NCBI GenBank assembly: GCA_027053075.1
Contig: JALUEE010000010.1
Span: 1 to 20,009 of the forward strand
DNA from: a candidate division WOR-3 bacterium
GTDB lineage: Bacteria; Hydrothermota; Hydrothermia; B15-G9; WFZT01
DNA: 20,009 bases
Direction of reading: 5' to 3'
The position numbers and the translations under genes were made by a program. Of this stretch, positions 6,489 to 14,747 are shown one piece after another. The notes beneath the pieces were generated by a model that saw only the letters and a list, made by a program, of their open reading frames with translations, ran no database searches and was not told the origin of the DNA. Positions within the stretch are counted from its first letter, which is position 1. The number at the start of each line of letters is the position of its first letter.

Positions 6489-8523
6489 ACTCCCCTGGAG
6501 ATTAGCCACAGTTACCAGATTCCTTTTCATTCTGGTGCTGTTCGTTATTACCCTGTATTTTGTTCCCCGTGAACACTTCACTATGATACGAGAGATACAG
6601 GTGGGAAAGATAAGCCCCGTAGAAATTACCTCACCTGTAGATTTTAAGATTTACAAAACACCTGAAGAGCTCCAAAAGGAAAGGGATAAGGTTTTAAGCG
6701 AGCTACCAGCGTATTTTATTTTTGACTCTTCTGCGGTTGAATCTGTTAAAACAAGCCTTGATGTTATCAGCAAAAACGGGACCTTCAGGGATGGACTTTC
6801 AGAAAACAGATGGAAATGGATACTCGAACTCTCTGGAAATTATGTGCTTGATTATGTAAAAAGGGGCGTTCTGAGTGATAAACACTTTCTCAAGGTTATT
6901 GGAGTTCGAAAGGTTGCCATTGTCAGGGGCACGAGAACAACGGTCTTTCCCATCGAAGAGGTAAAAGACAGGAATGAAGTTTTAAAGGAATTAAACAAAA
7001 TCGCGGTTCAAACCTTTGAAAATCCGGCGGAGAGGAAAATCTTCTTAAACATTTCGAGCAGAATTCTTTTTCCTTCTCTCAAATACGATGAAAATCTCAC
7101 CAATAAGGTGAAAAATGAGGCGCTTGCGAAAATTTCTCCTGTCAAGGTTGAGGTGAAAAAGGGCGAGAAAATCATTGGAAAGCACGAGCTCATCACTCCA
7201 CAAACCTACGAGGAGCTTCAGGTTTTAAAAGAAAAAATGAAATCCTACCATGGCACCTCTGCACGCTGGATTGCAGACCTCTTTATTCTTATCGCGATCT
7301 TTTTGCTCGGTACAATCTATTTCAGTGACCGCATTCAAAAAAATCCTGACTGGCGAGAGCTAATAGTTATCGGTGTCTCCGCACTAATAGTTTTGCTCGG
7401 GGCCTATCTTGTGAGAAATATCCATGCCTCTTATTTTATCACGCTGATTCCATTTTATTCGATACTGCTCAACGTGGCCCTTGGTTTTGAACCCTCTCTC
7501 TTTTACACCATGCTTCTTTCAATCATCCTTGCTTTCTACTTTCCTTTTAACTCATTTGGGATTTTTCTATACAACCTGTTTCTGGGGTGGACATCCATAT
7601 TCACCACAAAAAGCTTCCGCTCCAGATTCCAGATTTATTATGTTATCGTCACACTTTTCGTGGTTTCGTTCATTACATCTATATTTATCGAGCTCATGTA
7701 TGGGAACAGAGTTTACAATGTACCGGCTTTAATCCAGGCAGCACTCTTCAGCGCATTCCTCTCCGGCGTATTTGTTGTGGGAATCTTACCACTTTACGAA
7801 AGGGTTTTCCGTGTAGCTACAGACTTTTTCCTGCTTGAGCTATCGAACCTAAATAATCCCCTGCTCCGTGAGCTTTCAGAGAAAGCCTCTGGAACCTTTA
7901 ACCACAGCATAAATGTCGGGAATCTCTGCGATGCAGCAGCCCGGGCAATTGGCGCAAATTCTTTGCTCGCTCGCGTCGGTGCGTATTACCACGACATTGG
8001 AAAGGTGAAAAAACCGCAGTATTTTATCGAAAATCAAATTGGAATGGAGAATCCACATGACAAGCTATCACCTCGAATGAGCGCCCTCATCATCATATCT
8101 CATGTAAAAGATGGGGTTGAGCTTGCCGAGCAATACGGCTTACCCAATGAAATCATCAGGATTATCAAGACCCACCACGGGACGTCACTGCTTGTGCCAT
8201 TTTACGTCAAGGCCAAACAGATGGAGGGTGAGGGAGTCAAAGAGGAAGATTTCCGATATCCAGGCCCCAAGCCCTCAACCAAGGAGGAGGCCATTTGCAT
8301 GATAGCAGATAGCGTGGAAGCTGCAGTAAGAAGCCTGAAAAATCCAACAGCGAAAACCCTGAAAGAAACTATCCACGAGATAATCCGTGCAAAACTGGAG
8401 GATGGACAGCTCGATGAGGCGGATATTACGAGAAAAGACCTTGATAAAATCGCGGAGGCCATATATCCCATACTCTTAAGTCAATTCCATCCAAGAATCG
8501 AGTACCCGAAAGAGAAAAAATGA
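6466..8523 (+). CDS. 7TM-HD (HDIG) membrane phosphohydrolase, PgpH-like putative c-di-AMP phosphodiesterase
   Basis: 685 aa. N-terminal TM helix, extracytoplasmic domain ending VKKGEKII, about seven TM helices, HD domain with GTFNHS, YYHDIGK, SHVKDG, THHG, YPGPKP, ADSVEAA. Sits between phoH and ybeY. Confidence 0.9.
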   Translation: MRNTRKSELPWRLATVTRFLFILVLFVITLYFVPREHFTMIREIQVGKISPVEITSPVDFKIYKTPEELQKERDKVLSELPAYFIFDSSAVESVKTSLDVISKNGTFRDGLSENRWKWILELSGNYVLDYVKRGVLSDKHFLKVIGVRKVAIVRGTRTTVFPIEEVKDRNEVLKELNKIAVQTFENPAERKIFLNISSRILFPSLKYDENLTNKVKNEALAKISPVKVEVKKGEKIIGKHELITPQTYEELQVLKEKMKSYHGTSARWIADLFILIAIFLLGTIYFSDRIQKNPDWRELIVIGVSALIVLLGAYLVRNIHASYFITLIPFYSILLNVALGFEPSLFYTMLLSIILAFYFPFNSFGIFLYNLFLGWTSIFTTKSFRSRFQIYYVIVTLFVVSFITSIFIELMYGNRVYNVPALIQAALFSAFLSGVFVVGILPLYERVFRVATDFFLLELSNLNNPLLRELSEKASGTFNHSINVGNLCDAAARAIGANSLLARVGAYYHDIGKVKKPQYFIENQIGMENPHDKLSPRMSALIIISHVKDGVELAEQYGLPNEIIRIIKTHHGTSLLVPFYVKAKQMEGEGVKEEDFRYPGPKPSTKEEAICMIADSVEAAVRSLKNPTAKTLKETIHEIIRAKLEDGQLDEADITRKDLDKIAEAIYPILLSQFHPRIEYPKEKK

Positions 8524-8939
8524 TCAATATTTACAACACTCAAAGAAAAATTAAGATACCAAAGGAATACAAAAATGCCCTCAAAGACTTCTTGAGCGAT
8601 GTCCTTAGTGAAGAGGGCGATGACAGTCCCCAGGAATTTAACATAATTTTCGTAAATAACAAACGCATTCAGGAGATAAACAGGGAGTTTTTAGGTCGGG
8701 ACAGACCCACTGATGTAATTTCTTTCAACCTTGGAGATGTGGGTGAAATTTATATCTCGGCATGGGTGGCAGAAGAAAAATCAAGAGAATACGGATGGGA
8801 TGTCTATTTTGAACTAACGAGGTACGCACTCCACGGGCTACTCCACATCCTTGGTTATGACCACGAGAAAGAAGACGATGCAAGGATTATGGAGCAAAAA
8901 GAGGAAAAATATCTTGAAAAATGGAAGAAATACTACTAA
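8520..8939 (+). CDS. ybeY: rRNA maturation endoribonuclease YbeY
   Basis: 139 aa. NREF..DRPTDVISF, GEIYIS, HGLLHILGYDH metal motif. Confidence 0.96.
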   Translation: MINIYNTQRKIKIPKEYKNALKDFLSDVLSEEGDDSPQEFNIIFVNNKRIQEINREFLGRDRPTDVISFNLGDVGEIYISAWVAEEKSREYGWDVYFELTRYALHGLLHILGYDHEKEDDARIMEQKEEKYLEKWKKYY

Positions 8940-10150
8940 TCGTCCTGCTGATCTTTCTATCTTTCGTATTTTCTGGTTCTGAAGTCGCGTTCTTCTCTCT
9001 ACCAAAGACTCGTCTCAGGCGTTTAAAGAGCAGAAAAGTAGCTTCGCTCCTAAATTATCTAATTTCGAGACCCTACACTCTGCTCTCGACGATTCTGCTC
9101 GGCAATACGGCGGTCAATGCCTTTGCCGCATCTATCTTTTCAGTATTTATCACCAATCTTTTAGTCGGACATCACTTGAGCGAGAGTACGCTCACGATAA
9201 TTGATGTGGCGGTCTTTACTCTTTTACTTTTGATCTTTGGTGAGATCACTCCAAAGATCATCGCTCTCCAGTATCCCTTAACATTTTCCTCCCTTTCGTG
9301 GGTTTTAATCTATCCCTTTTATTTCTTTTTTTATCCCATAGTCAAGCCACTTGGCAGGTGGATGCGAGTAATATTTGAAAGCGATGAGAAATCAAAAGAG
9401 ATTGAGCCGATAACTCTAAAAGAAGTCTACAATATAGTTGAAACAGCAAAAGGTTTCCTGAGAATAGAGGAGCTTGAACTACTCGAGGACAGCGTCGAGT
9501 TTTTATCAATTAAGGTCTCCGACATAATGACACCAAGAAAAGATATCCATGCACTCCCTCATGATGCGACCATCAAAGATGCCATGGAAGAAATGAGAAA
9601 AACAAGACACTCAAGATTCCCTGTTTTCAGGAATAATGTAGATGACATTGTGGGAGTCGTAGATTTACTGAATATTGAGGAAATTCTGAAGATTCCCGGT
9701 GATTCTCCACTCAGTGATTTTATGCAGGAGCCTCTATTTGTACCTGAGACTATGGACCTTCCTGACCTGGTCAAAACCCTTACGGATACTCCCACTCAAA
9801 TGGCAATTGTGGTGGACGAATATGGTGGCACAGAGGGAGTTGTTACAATGAAAGACGCTTACAAACACTTCCTGGGGAAGATCAGAAGTGACTTTGAATC
9901 TGAGGAACTCGAGGAGGTTAAAAAGATAGGTAAGAATTCATACCTTCTGAGCGGTGACATCTCCATTTCGGTTCTCGAACGCTTGAGTGGCAGAAGATTC
10001 GGTTATTACGGCAGCCTTTCGAACTACATTCTCGACAACCTCGGCTATGTACCCACAGAGGGGGAAAAGGTGGAGATAAATGGTGTGATCTTCGAAATAC
10101 TTTCGAAAGAGGGTGAATCGCCGGACAAGGTGAAGGTAACCATAAAATGA
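8921..10150 (+). CDS. CNNM/CorB-family (DUF21-CBS-CorC) Mg2+ transporter, copy 1
   Basis: 409 aa. FSGSEVAFFSL, ILLGNTAVN, FGEITPK; CBS pair with IMTPR, HSRFPV and VVDEYGG; C-terminal CorC/HlyC domain. Confidence 0.92.
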   Translation: MEEILLIVLLIFLSFVFSGSEVAFFSLPKTRLRRLKSRKVASLLNYLISRPYTLLSTILLGNTAVNAFAASIFSVFITNLLVGHHLSESTLTIIDVAVFTLLLLIFGEITPKIIALQYPLTFSSLSWVLIYPFYFFFYPIVKPLGRWMRVIFESDEKSKEIEPITLKEVYNIVETAKGFLRIEELELLEDSVEFLSIKVSDIMTPRKDIHALPHDATIKDAMEEMRKTRHSRFPVFRNNVDDIVGVVDLLNIEEILKIPGDSPLSDFMQEPLFVPETMDLPDLVKTLTDTPTQMAIVVDEYGGTEGVVTMKDAYKHFLGKIRSDFESEELEEVKKIGKNSYLLSGDISISVLERLSGRRFGYYGSLSNYILDNLGYVPTEGEKVEINGVIFEILSKEGESPDKVKVTIK

Positions 10151-11319
10151 TTAATCTGCTGATTTTCATCATATCCATAATTTTCGTGGCAGTTTACGCG
10201 GCTTTCGAAATTTCTTATATCGGCTCTGACAGAATAAAAATTCAGGACGCCATTCCCAAATCGAGACTAAATTTCTTTGTCTGGCGAGACAGAGAAGTTA
10301 TAATCAGCATTTTAATAGGTATCAACATATTTTCCGTACTTGCCGCAACAACTCTGACGAACTACACAAGAAGGGTGGGACTATCCTCAAACCTCGCTGT
10401 CGCTGCCGCCGGAATTATTACAACACTTGTTATAGTATTTCTTGGTGAAATTTTCCCGAAATCCTACGCCATCTCGAGAAAATTCAGCATCATAAAGACT
10501 TTTAGCTTCCTGATTTACTTCACCTACCTGACTTTTTATCCTGTAGTCAAACTTTTTGATGCTGCTCTAAGACTATCCATAGCGAGGGTAAAAAGTGACA
10601 GGGTCTCTTTTGAGGAAGAGTTAGAGAAATATGCGGAGGAGAAAGGATTTGAGAGTGAGCAATTACTGCTGCTTAAAAAAGCACTGAGGTTCTACGACCT
10701 TGATGCCGAGGATATCATGATACCGACACACAAATTCCCGTTTTTCCCTGTGGATACTCCCAGAGAAAGGATTATAGAAAACGTTAGAAAACTGCATTAT
10801 AACAAGGTTTTGCTCTACAAAAACACCATTGACAATGTCATTGGTCTGATTCATATTAAAGACCTGATACTTGGCGAGGGAAACCCCGTTGAAATTAAAA
10901 GATACCTGAGACCATACGCCATTGCGTACAGTGATAGTCCGCTCCACAGGGTCGTCGAAGCGATAAAAGAAAAGCAGACGACAGTTTCAATTGTTGTTGA
11001 CGAATACGGTTCTGTCATTGGTGTTATAACTATTGAAAAGATACTGGGGGAGCTTCTCAAGTATTTCGAGGAAAACGTACAGAGCGGAAACATCTATTCT
11101 GGAGATACGAGAATCACGGAATTGAGAGAACGGGGAATTTTAATCGAGGAAGGTGACTACTCTACCCTTGCCGGGCTGATAATCGACAGGCTGGAGAGGA
11201 TACCGGAGCCGGGCGAAGAGGTTGAAATTGATGGATATGTCTTTAAAATCCTCGAGGCGGATAAAAAGGGGATAAAAAAGGTTTTAATAAGGGAGAAACA
11301 TGAAACAGACAGTACTTGA
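10147..11319 (+). CDS. CNNM/CorB-family protein, copy 2 (divergent)
   Basis: 390 aa. DUF21-like TM region with LGEIFPKS; CBS pair with IMIP and VVDEYG; CorC domain YSTLAGLIIDRLERIP..GE. Confidence 0.88.
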   Translation: MINLLIFIISIIFVAVYAAFEISYIGSDRIKIQDAIPKSRLNFFVWRDREVIISILIGINIFSVLAATTLTNYTRRVGLSSNLAVAAAGIITTLVIVFLGEIFPKSYAISRKFSIIKTFSFLIYFTYLTFYPVVKLFDAALRLSIARVKSDRVSFEEELEKYAEEKGFESEQLLLLKKALRFYDLDAEDIMIPTHKFPFFPVDTPRERIIENVRKLHYNKVLLYKNTIDNVIGLIHIKDLILGEGNPVEIKRYLRPYAIAYSDSPLHRVVEAIKEKQTTVSIVVDEYGSVIGVITIEKILGELLKYFEENVQSGNIYSGDTRITELRERGILIEEGDYSTLAGLIIDRLERIPEPGEEVEIDGYVFKILEADKKGIKKVLIREKHETDST

Positions 11320-12667
11320 ATTTGATGAGAAGCTCTACAAGCTCACTGAAGATCTCGTGAAAAGGGGGGACTATAAGAGGGCCGCACTTTTGCTTTCAAA
11401 CAAACACCCCGAAGATGTAGCTTTAATACTTGATAAACTCGATGAGGAAGACAGGATTAAGGTTTTCAAGTATCTGCCAGTGGAACTCCAGGCAGACGTC
11501 TTGATACGACTGGACGACGAATCCATTGATGATGTTTTGAAAGCCCTTTCCGAAAAAGATATATCCGAGCTTGTTGGGGAGCTCGATGTAGACGATGCAG
11601 TGGACGTTTTAGGTGAATTATCCGATGAAGAAAGGCAAAAAGTTTTATCCTATGTTCCGCCTGATGAGCGTGAGGAGGTAAAAGAGCTCCTCAAGTATCC
11701 AGAGAATTCAGCCGGTGGTCTGATGACCACCGACTTTATCGCTTATAACCAGGACTTAACCGTTGAGGAGGCATTACACAGATTAAAGCAGGAGGAAAAG
11801 CCTGACGAGGTTTCAAGCACAATTTATGTGGTAGATGATAAGGGCCGGCTCATTGGCGAGGTTTATTTAAGGGACCTGCTCAAGGCAAAGCCCAATACAA
11901 AACTAAAAGAAATCGTCCGTGAAGTGCCGTCTGTTCCGGTTGACCTCGACCAGGAGGAAGTCGCGCGTCTGTTTGAGAAATACGATGTATTTTCCATGCC
12001 TGTTGTGGATGAGCATGGGAAACTCCTTGGTGTTATCACAGTCGACGATATTCTTGATGTTCTGGAGGAAGAGGCAACTGAGGATATCCACAGGTTAAGC
12101 GGTTGGGGTGAGGCAGAAAGTATCTACACCCCTACCCTCAAGATGGCAACAAAGCGACTTCCATGGCTTTTGATTAATCTCGGGACAGCTTTCCTTGCCG
12201 CCTCGGTAGTGGCAATTTTCAAAAGCACAATCGCTGCCTTTGCCTATCTTGCTGTCTTCATGCCAGTCATAGCCGGTGAGGGAGGAAATACCGGGGTCCA
12301 GACCATCGCACTCGTGGTAAGGTCTCTTGCCCTGGGCGAGATCGATTTTTCGGACTTTAAAAGGCTTTTTGTGAGGGAATTTATTGTTGGATTGATTGTA
12401 GGATCAGTAGTGGGACTTGTTTCTGGTCTCGTGGCTTACATCTGGGTGGGCAATTTTTACTTTGGTTTACTTGTTTTCCTCGGTCATGTTGGGAATATGG
12501 TTGCAGGATGTCTGGCCGGACTCACAGTGCCTATGATTCTCAAATTCTTCAAGCAGGACCCGGCACTGGCGTCTGGTGTGATTGTTACAACGGTCACTGA
12601 CGTGACCGGATACTTCATATTTCTTGGTTTAGCCACTATCTTTATGAATCATCTTCATCTTCTATGA
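11300..12667 (+). CDS. mgtE: Magnesium transporter MgtE
   Basis: 455 aa. Acidic N domain, YPENSAGGLMT, CBS pair, GVITVDD, KRLPWL, GGNTGVQ, DPALASG and TTVTDVTG with the pore Asp. Confidence 0.97.
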   Translation: MKQTVLEFDEKLYKLTEDLVKRGDYKRAALLLSNKHPEDVALILDKLDEEDRIKVFKYLPVELQADVLIRLDDESIDDVLKALSEKDISELVGELDVDDAVDVLGELSDEERQKVLSYVPPDEREEVKELLKYPENSAGGLMTTDFIAYNQDLTVEEALHRLKQEEKPDEVSSTIYVVDDKGRLIGEVYLRDLLKAKPNTKLKEIVREVPSVPVDLDQEEVARLFEKYDVFSMPVVDEHGKLLGVITVDDILDVLEEEATEDIHRLSGWGEAESIYTPTLKMATKRLPWLLINLGTAFLAASVVAIFKSTIAAFAYLAVFMPVIAGEGGNTGVQTIALVVRSLALGEIDFSDFKRLFVREFIVGLIVGSVVGLVSGLVAYIWVGNFYFGLLVFLGHVGNMVAGCLAGLTVPMILKFFKQDPALASGVIVTTVTDVTGYFIFLGLATIFMNHLHLL

Positions 12668-13659
12668 TCGGAAAAATTTTACGGAAATTTGCAGGAAAGA
12701 GGATTGCTGTCGTTGGAGACCTGATACTCGACCAGTATCAGGATGCAGATGTTGAGAGAATTTCTCCTGAGGCTCCTGTCCCGATAGTCAAAATAAAAAA
12801 TGGCAGTAAGGATATACGGGCCGGTGGAGCAGCTAATGTTGCCATAAATCTCGTCGCACTTGGAGCCGAAGTATCTCTTTTCGGTGTGGTGGGAGATGAT
12901 TCAGAGGGACACAATCTTCTTGAAATACTCAAAAATCATGGAATTAAAACTGACGGTATAATCGTCGATTCCTCACGCCCCACAACCACCAAGATCAGAA
13001 TTATCAGCAGGAATCAGCAGATAATTCGCATTGACGTTGAAGAGACAAAATATATCTCAAAAAAGCTTGAAAATAACATTAAAGCGAGCCTCAAAGAAAA
13101 CCTAAAAGACCTCCACGCCATCATTGTCGAGGATTACAACAAAGGCCTTCTCACACCAGGATTGATCAGGTTTATCTCTTCAGAACTCACGGGAAATGTT
13201 CCCGTGGGAGTCGACCCCAAATTTGAAAACTTCTCTCTATACAAAAATGTCAAACTATTCAAGCCCAATAAAAGAGAGCTTCTCGGATATACTGGCAAAA
13301 ATACTAATAACCTCCAGGATGCAGTGGTCGAAGTCTTTAAGAAAATACATCCAGATTACCTCATGGTTACTTTGAGTAAGGAAGGGATGCTGGTATTCGA
13401 CGGTGAAAGATTTTACAAAATTCCTGCCCTGAGAAAACCGGTTTACGATGTCACAGGTGCAGGTGACACAGTGATTTCAGTTGCCATGCTTTCCCTCGCC
13501 TCTGGACTTGACATAGTGGAATCGGCTATACTTTCATCAATTGCAGCAGGGATAGAAGTTTCGAAGTTTGGAGTCGCTGCTGTCTTGCCAGAAGAGCTAA
13601 GAGAAGAATACAAGAGAAGTTACAAGACTCTTAAAGAATCGGTGGAGACCTTTAGATGA
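12664..13659 (+). CDS. hldA: D-glycero-beta-D-manno-heptose-7-phosphate kinase (stand-alone RfaE domain I, PfkB family)
   Basis: 331 aa. VVGDLILDQY, RISPEAPVP, GGAANVA, DYNKG, VDPK, KPNKRE, DVTGAGDTV. No fused adenylyltransferase domain. Confidence 0.9.
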   Translation: MIGKILRKFAGKRIAVVGDLILDQYQDADVERISPEAPVPIVKIKNGSKDIRAGGAANVAINLVALGAEVSLFGVVGDDSEGHNLLEILKNHGIKTDGIIVDSSRPTTTKIRIISRNQQIIRIDVEETKYISKKLENNIKASLKENLKDLHAIIVEDYNKGLLTPGLIRFISSELTGNVPVGVDPKFENFSLYKNVKLFKPNKRELLGYTGKNTNNLQDAVVEVFKKIHPDYLMVTLSKEGMLVFDGERFYKIPALRKPVYDVTGAGDTVISVAMLSLASGLDIVESAILSSIAAGIEVSKFGVAAVLPEELREEYKRSYKTLKESVETFR

Positions 13660-14747
13660 ACCAGAATGCTGAAATTACAATAAATCTAACGCGAATCTAC
13701 AACATCTTGATTCGGAAATTCTGGGCCATTACCATTCCCTCAGTCATTATCGCCCTCGCTGTTGGTCTCACCGGAAAATTTCTCGTCCATAAAAAGTATG
13801 ACGCCACTGTAACAATTCTTCCCCCGAGCGGTGGCCAGCTTTCCATTCCATTTGGCTCTGTTCTCAAGAATTTCCTGCCAGGTGGCATGAGCCTCGGAGG
13901 GACAGGGACAAAAGAAGTGCTCGCATTACTCGAATCGAGAAGAATGGCGGAGGACGTAATAGCAAAATTCAATTTGATGAGTTACTTTAAAACGAAGAAA
14001 CTGGACAAGGCCATAAAAAATCTGGGGCGTATAACAAAGATCAAAGTTGACGATGAAACCGGGGTTATAGTAATCAAAGTCAGAACAACAAATCCACAGA
14101 TGAGTGCAGATATTGCAAATTTTTACGTAGAAAACCTTGAGAGGCTAAACGACCTTTTGAAGATTTCTGTTACGAAACCTTTTGTGAAAGTTCTTGACCC
14201 TGCTCGCCCACCAGATGTGAAGGCATGGCCCAAGAATGCTGTAAATACCATCATCACATTCATCTTTCTGATAATAGTGCTCTCCAGTTACTTTATCTAT
14301 CGAGAATATACCAACCCGTTTGTAAGGGAACCTGAGGCCTTTGAAGACAATTTTGAAATACTCGGACTCATTCCAGGTAAAATTAATACAGAGCCCATAA
14401 AAAACAGAATCCTGAGCTTTATGGAGCAGCCCACAGCTTTCTTCCCGGTAATTGATGAGCAGTCAAAAATTGAAGAAATTTTCGAGTCAATCAAAACAGA
14501 AGGCTTCGTGCTTCTTCAGTCTCCACTACAGAATCCAGTTTCAAGAGAAAATCTAAAGGGATTTAAAAGCTTTGTAATCCTTGCAGAATTCAATGTTTCA
14601 CCAGCTGGAGCTTTGATGGAACTTAAAGAATTAATTGCAGACGTGAGCAACACCAGGCCGGGGCTGATAATCTATGGCATAAGTAAAAAGTTCATCTCAA
14701 AAAGGTATCAATACATTTTTCCTGAATTAAGGAGTGGTAAACTATGA
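13656..14747 (+). CDS. Polysaccharide co-polymerase (Wzz/Wzc-like) with a degenerate C-terminal domain
   Basis: 363 aa. TM1 about 22-43, Y.A...ILPP, LLESRRMA, proline-rich VLDPARPP..WPK before TM2 (about 196-215), then ILGLIP and a cytoplasmic tail of about 150 aa. Confidence 0.8.
   Translation: MNQNAEITINLTRIYNILIRKFWAITIPSVIIALAVGLTGKFLVHKKYDATVTILPPSGGQLSIPFGSVLKNFLPGGMSLGGTGTKEVLALLESRRMAEDVIAKFNLMSYFKTKKLDKAIKNLGRITKIKVDDETGVIVIKVRTTNPQMSADIANFYVENLERLNDLLKISVTKPFVKVLDPARPPDVKAWPKNAVNTIITFIFLIIVLSSYFIYREYTNPFVREPEAFEDNFEILGLIPGKINTEPIKNRILSFMEQPTAFFPVIDEQSKIEEIFESIKTEGFVLLQSPLQNPVSRENLKGFKSFVILAEFNVSPAGALMELKELIADVSNTRPGLIIYGISKKFISKRYQYIFPELRSGKL

Noticed and set aside
2584..12667. One fluoride-magnesium super-cluster joining crcB to the CNNM/mgtE genes
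   Set aside because: Opposite strands, about 6 kb apart and separated by housekeeping genes. Proximity alone is not evidence.
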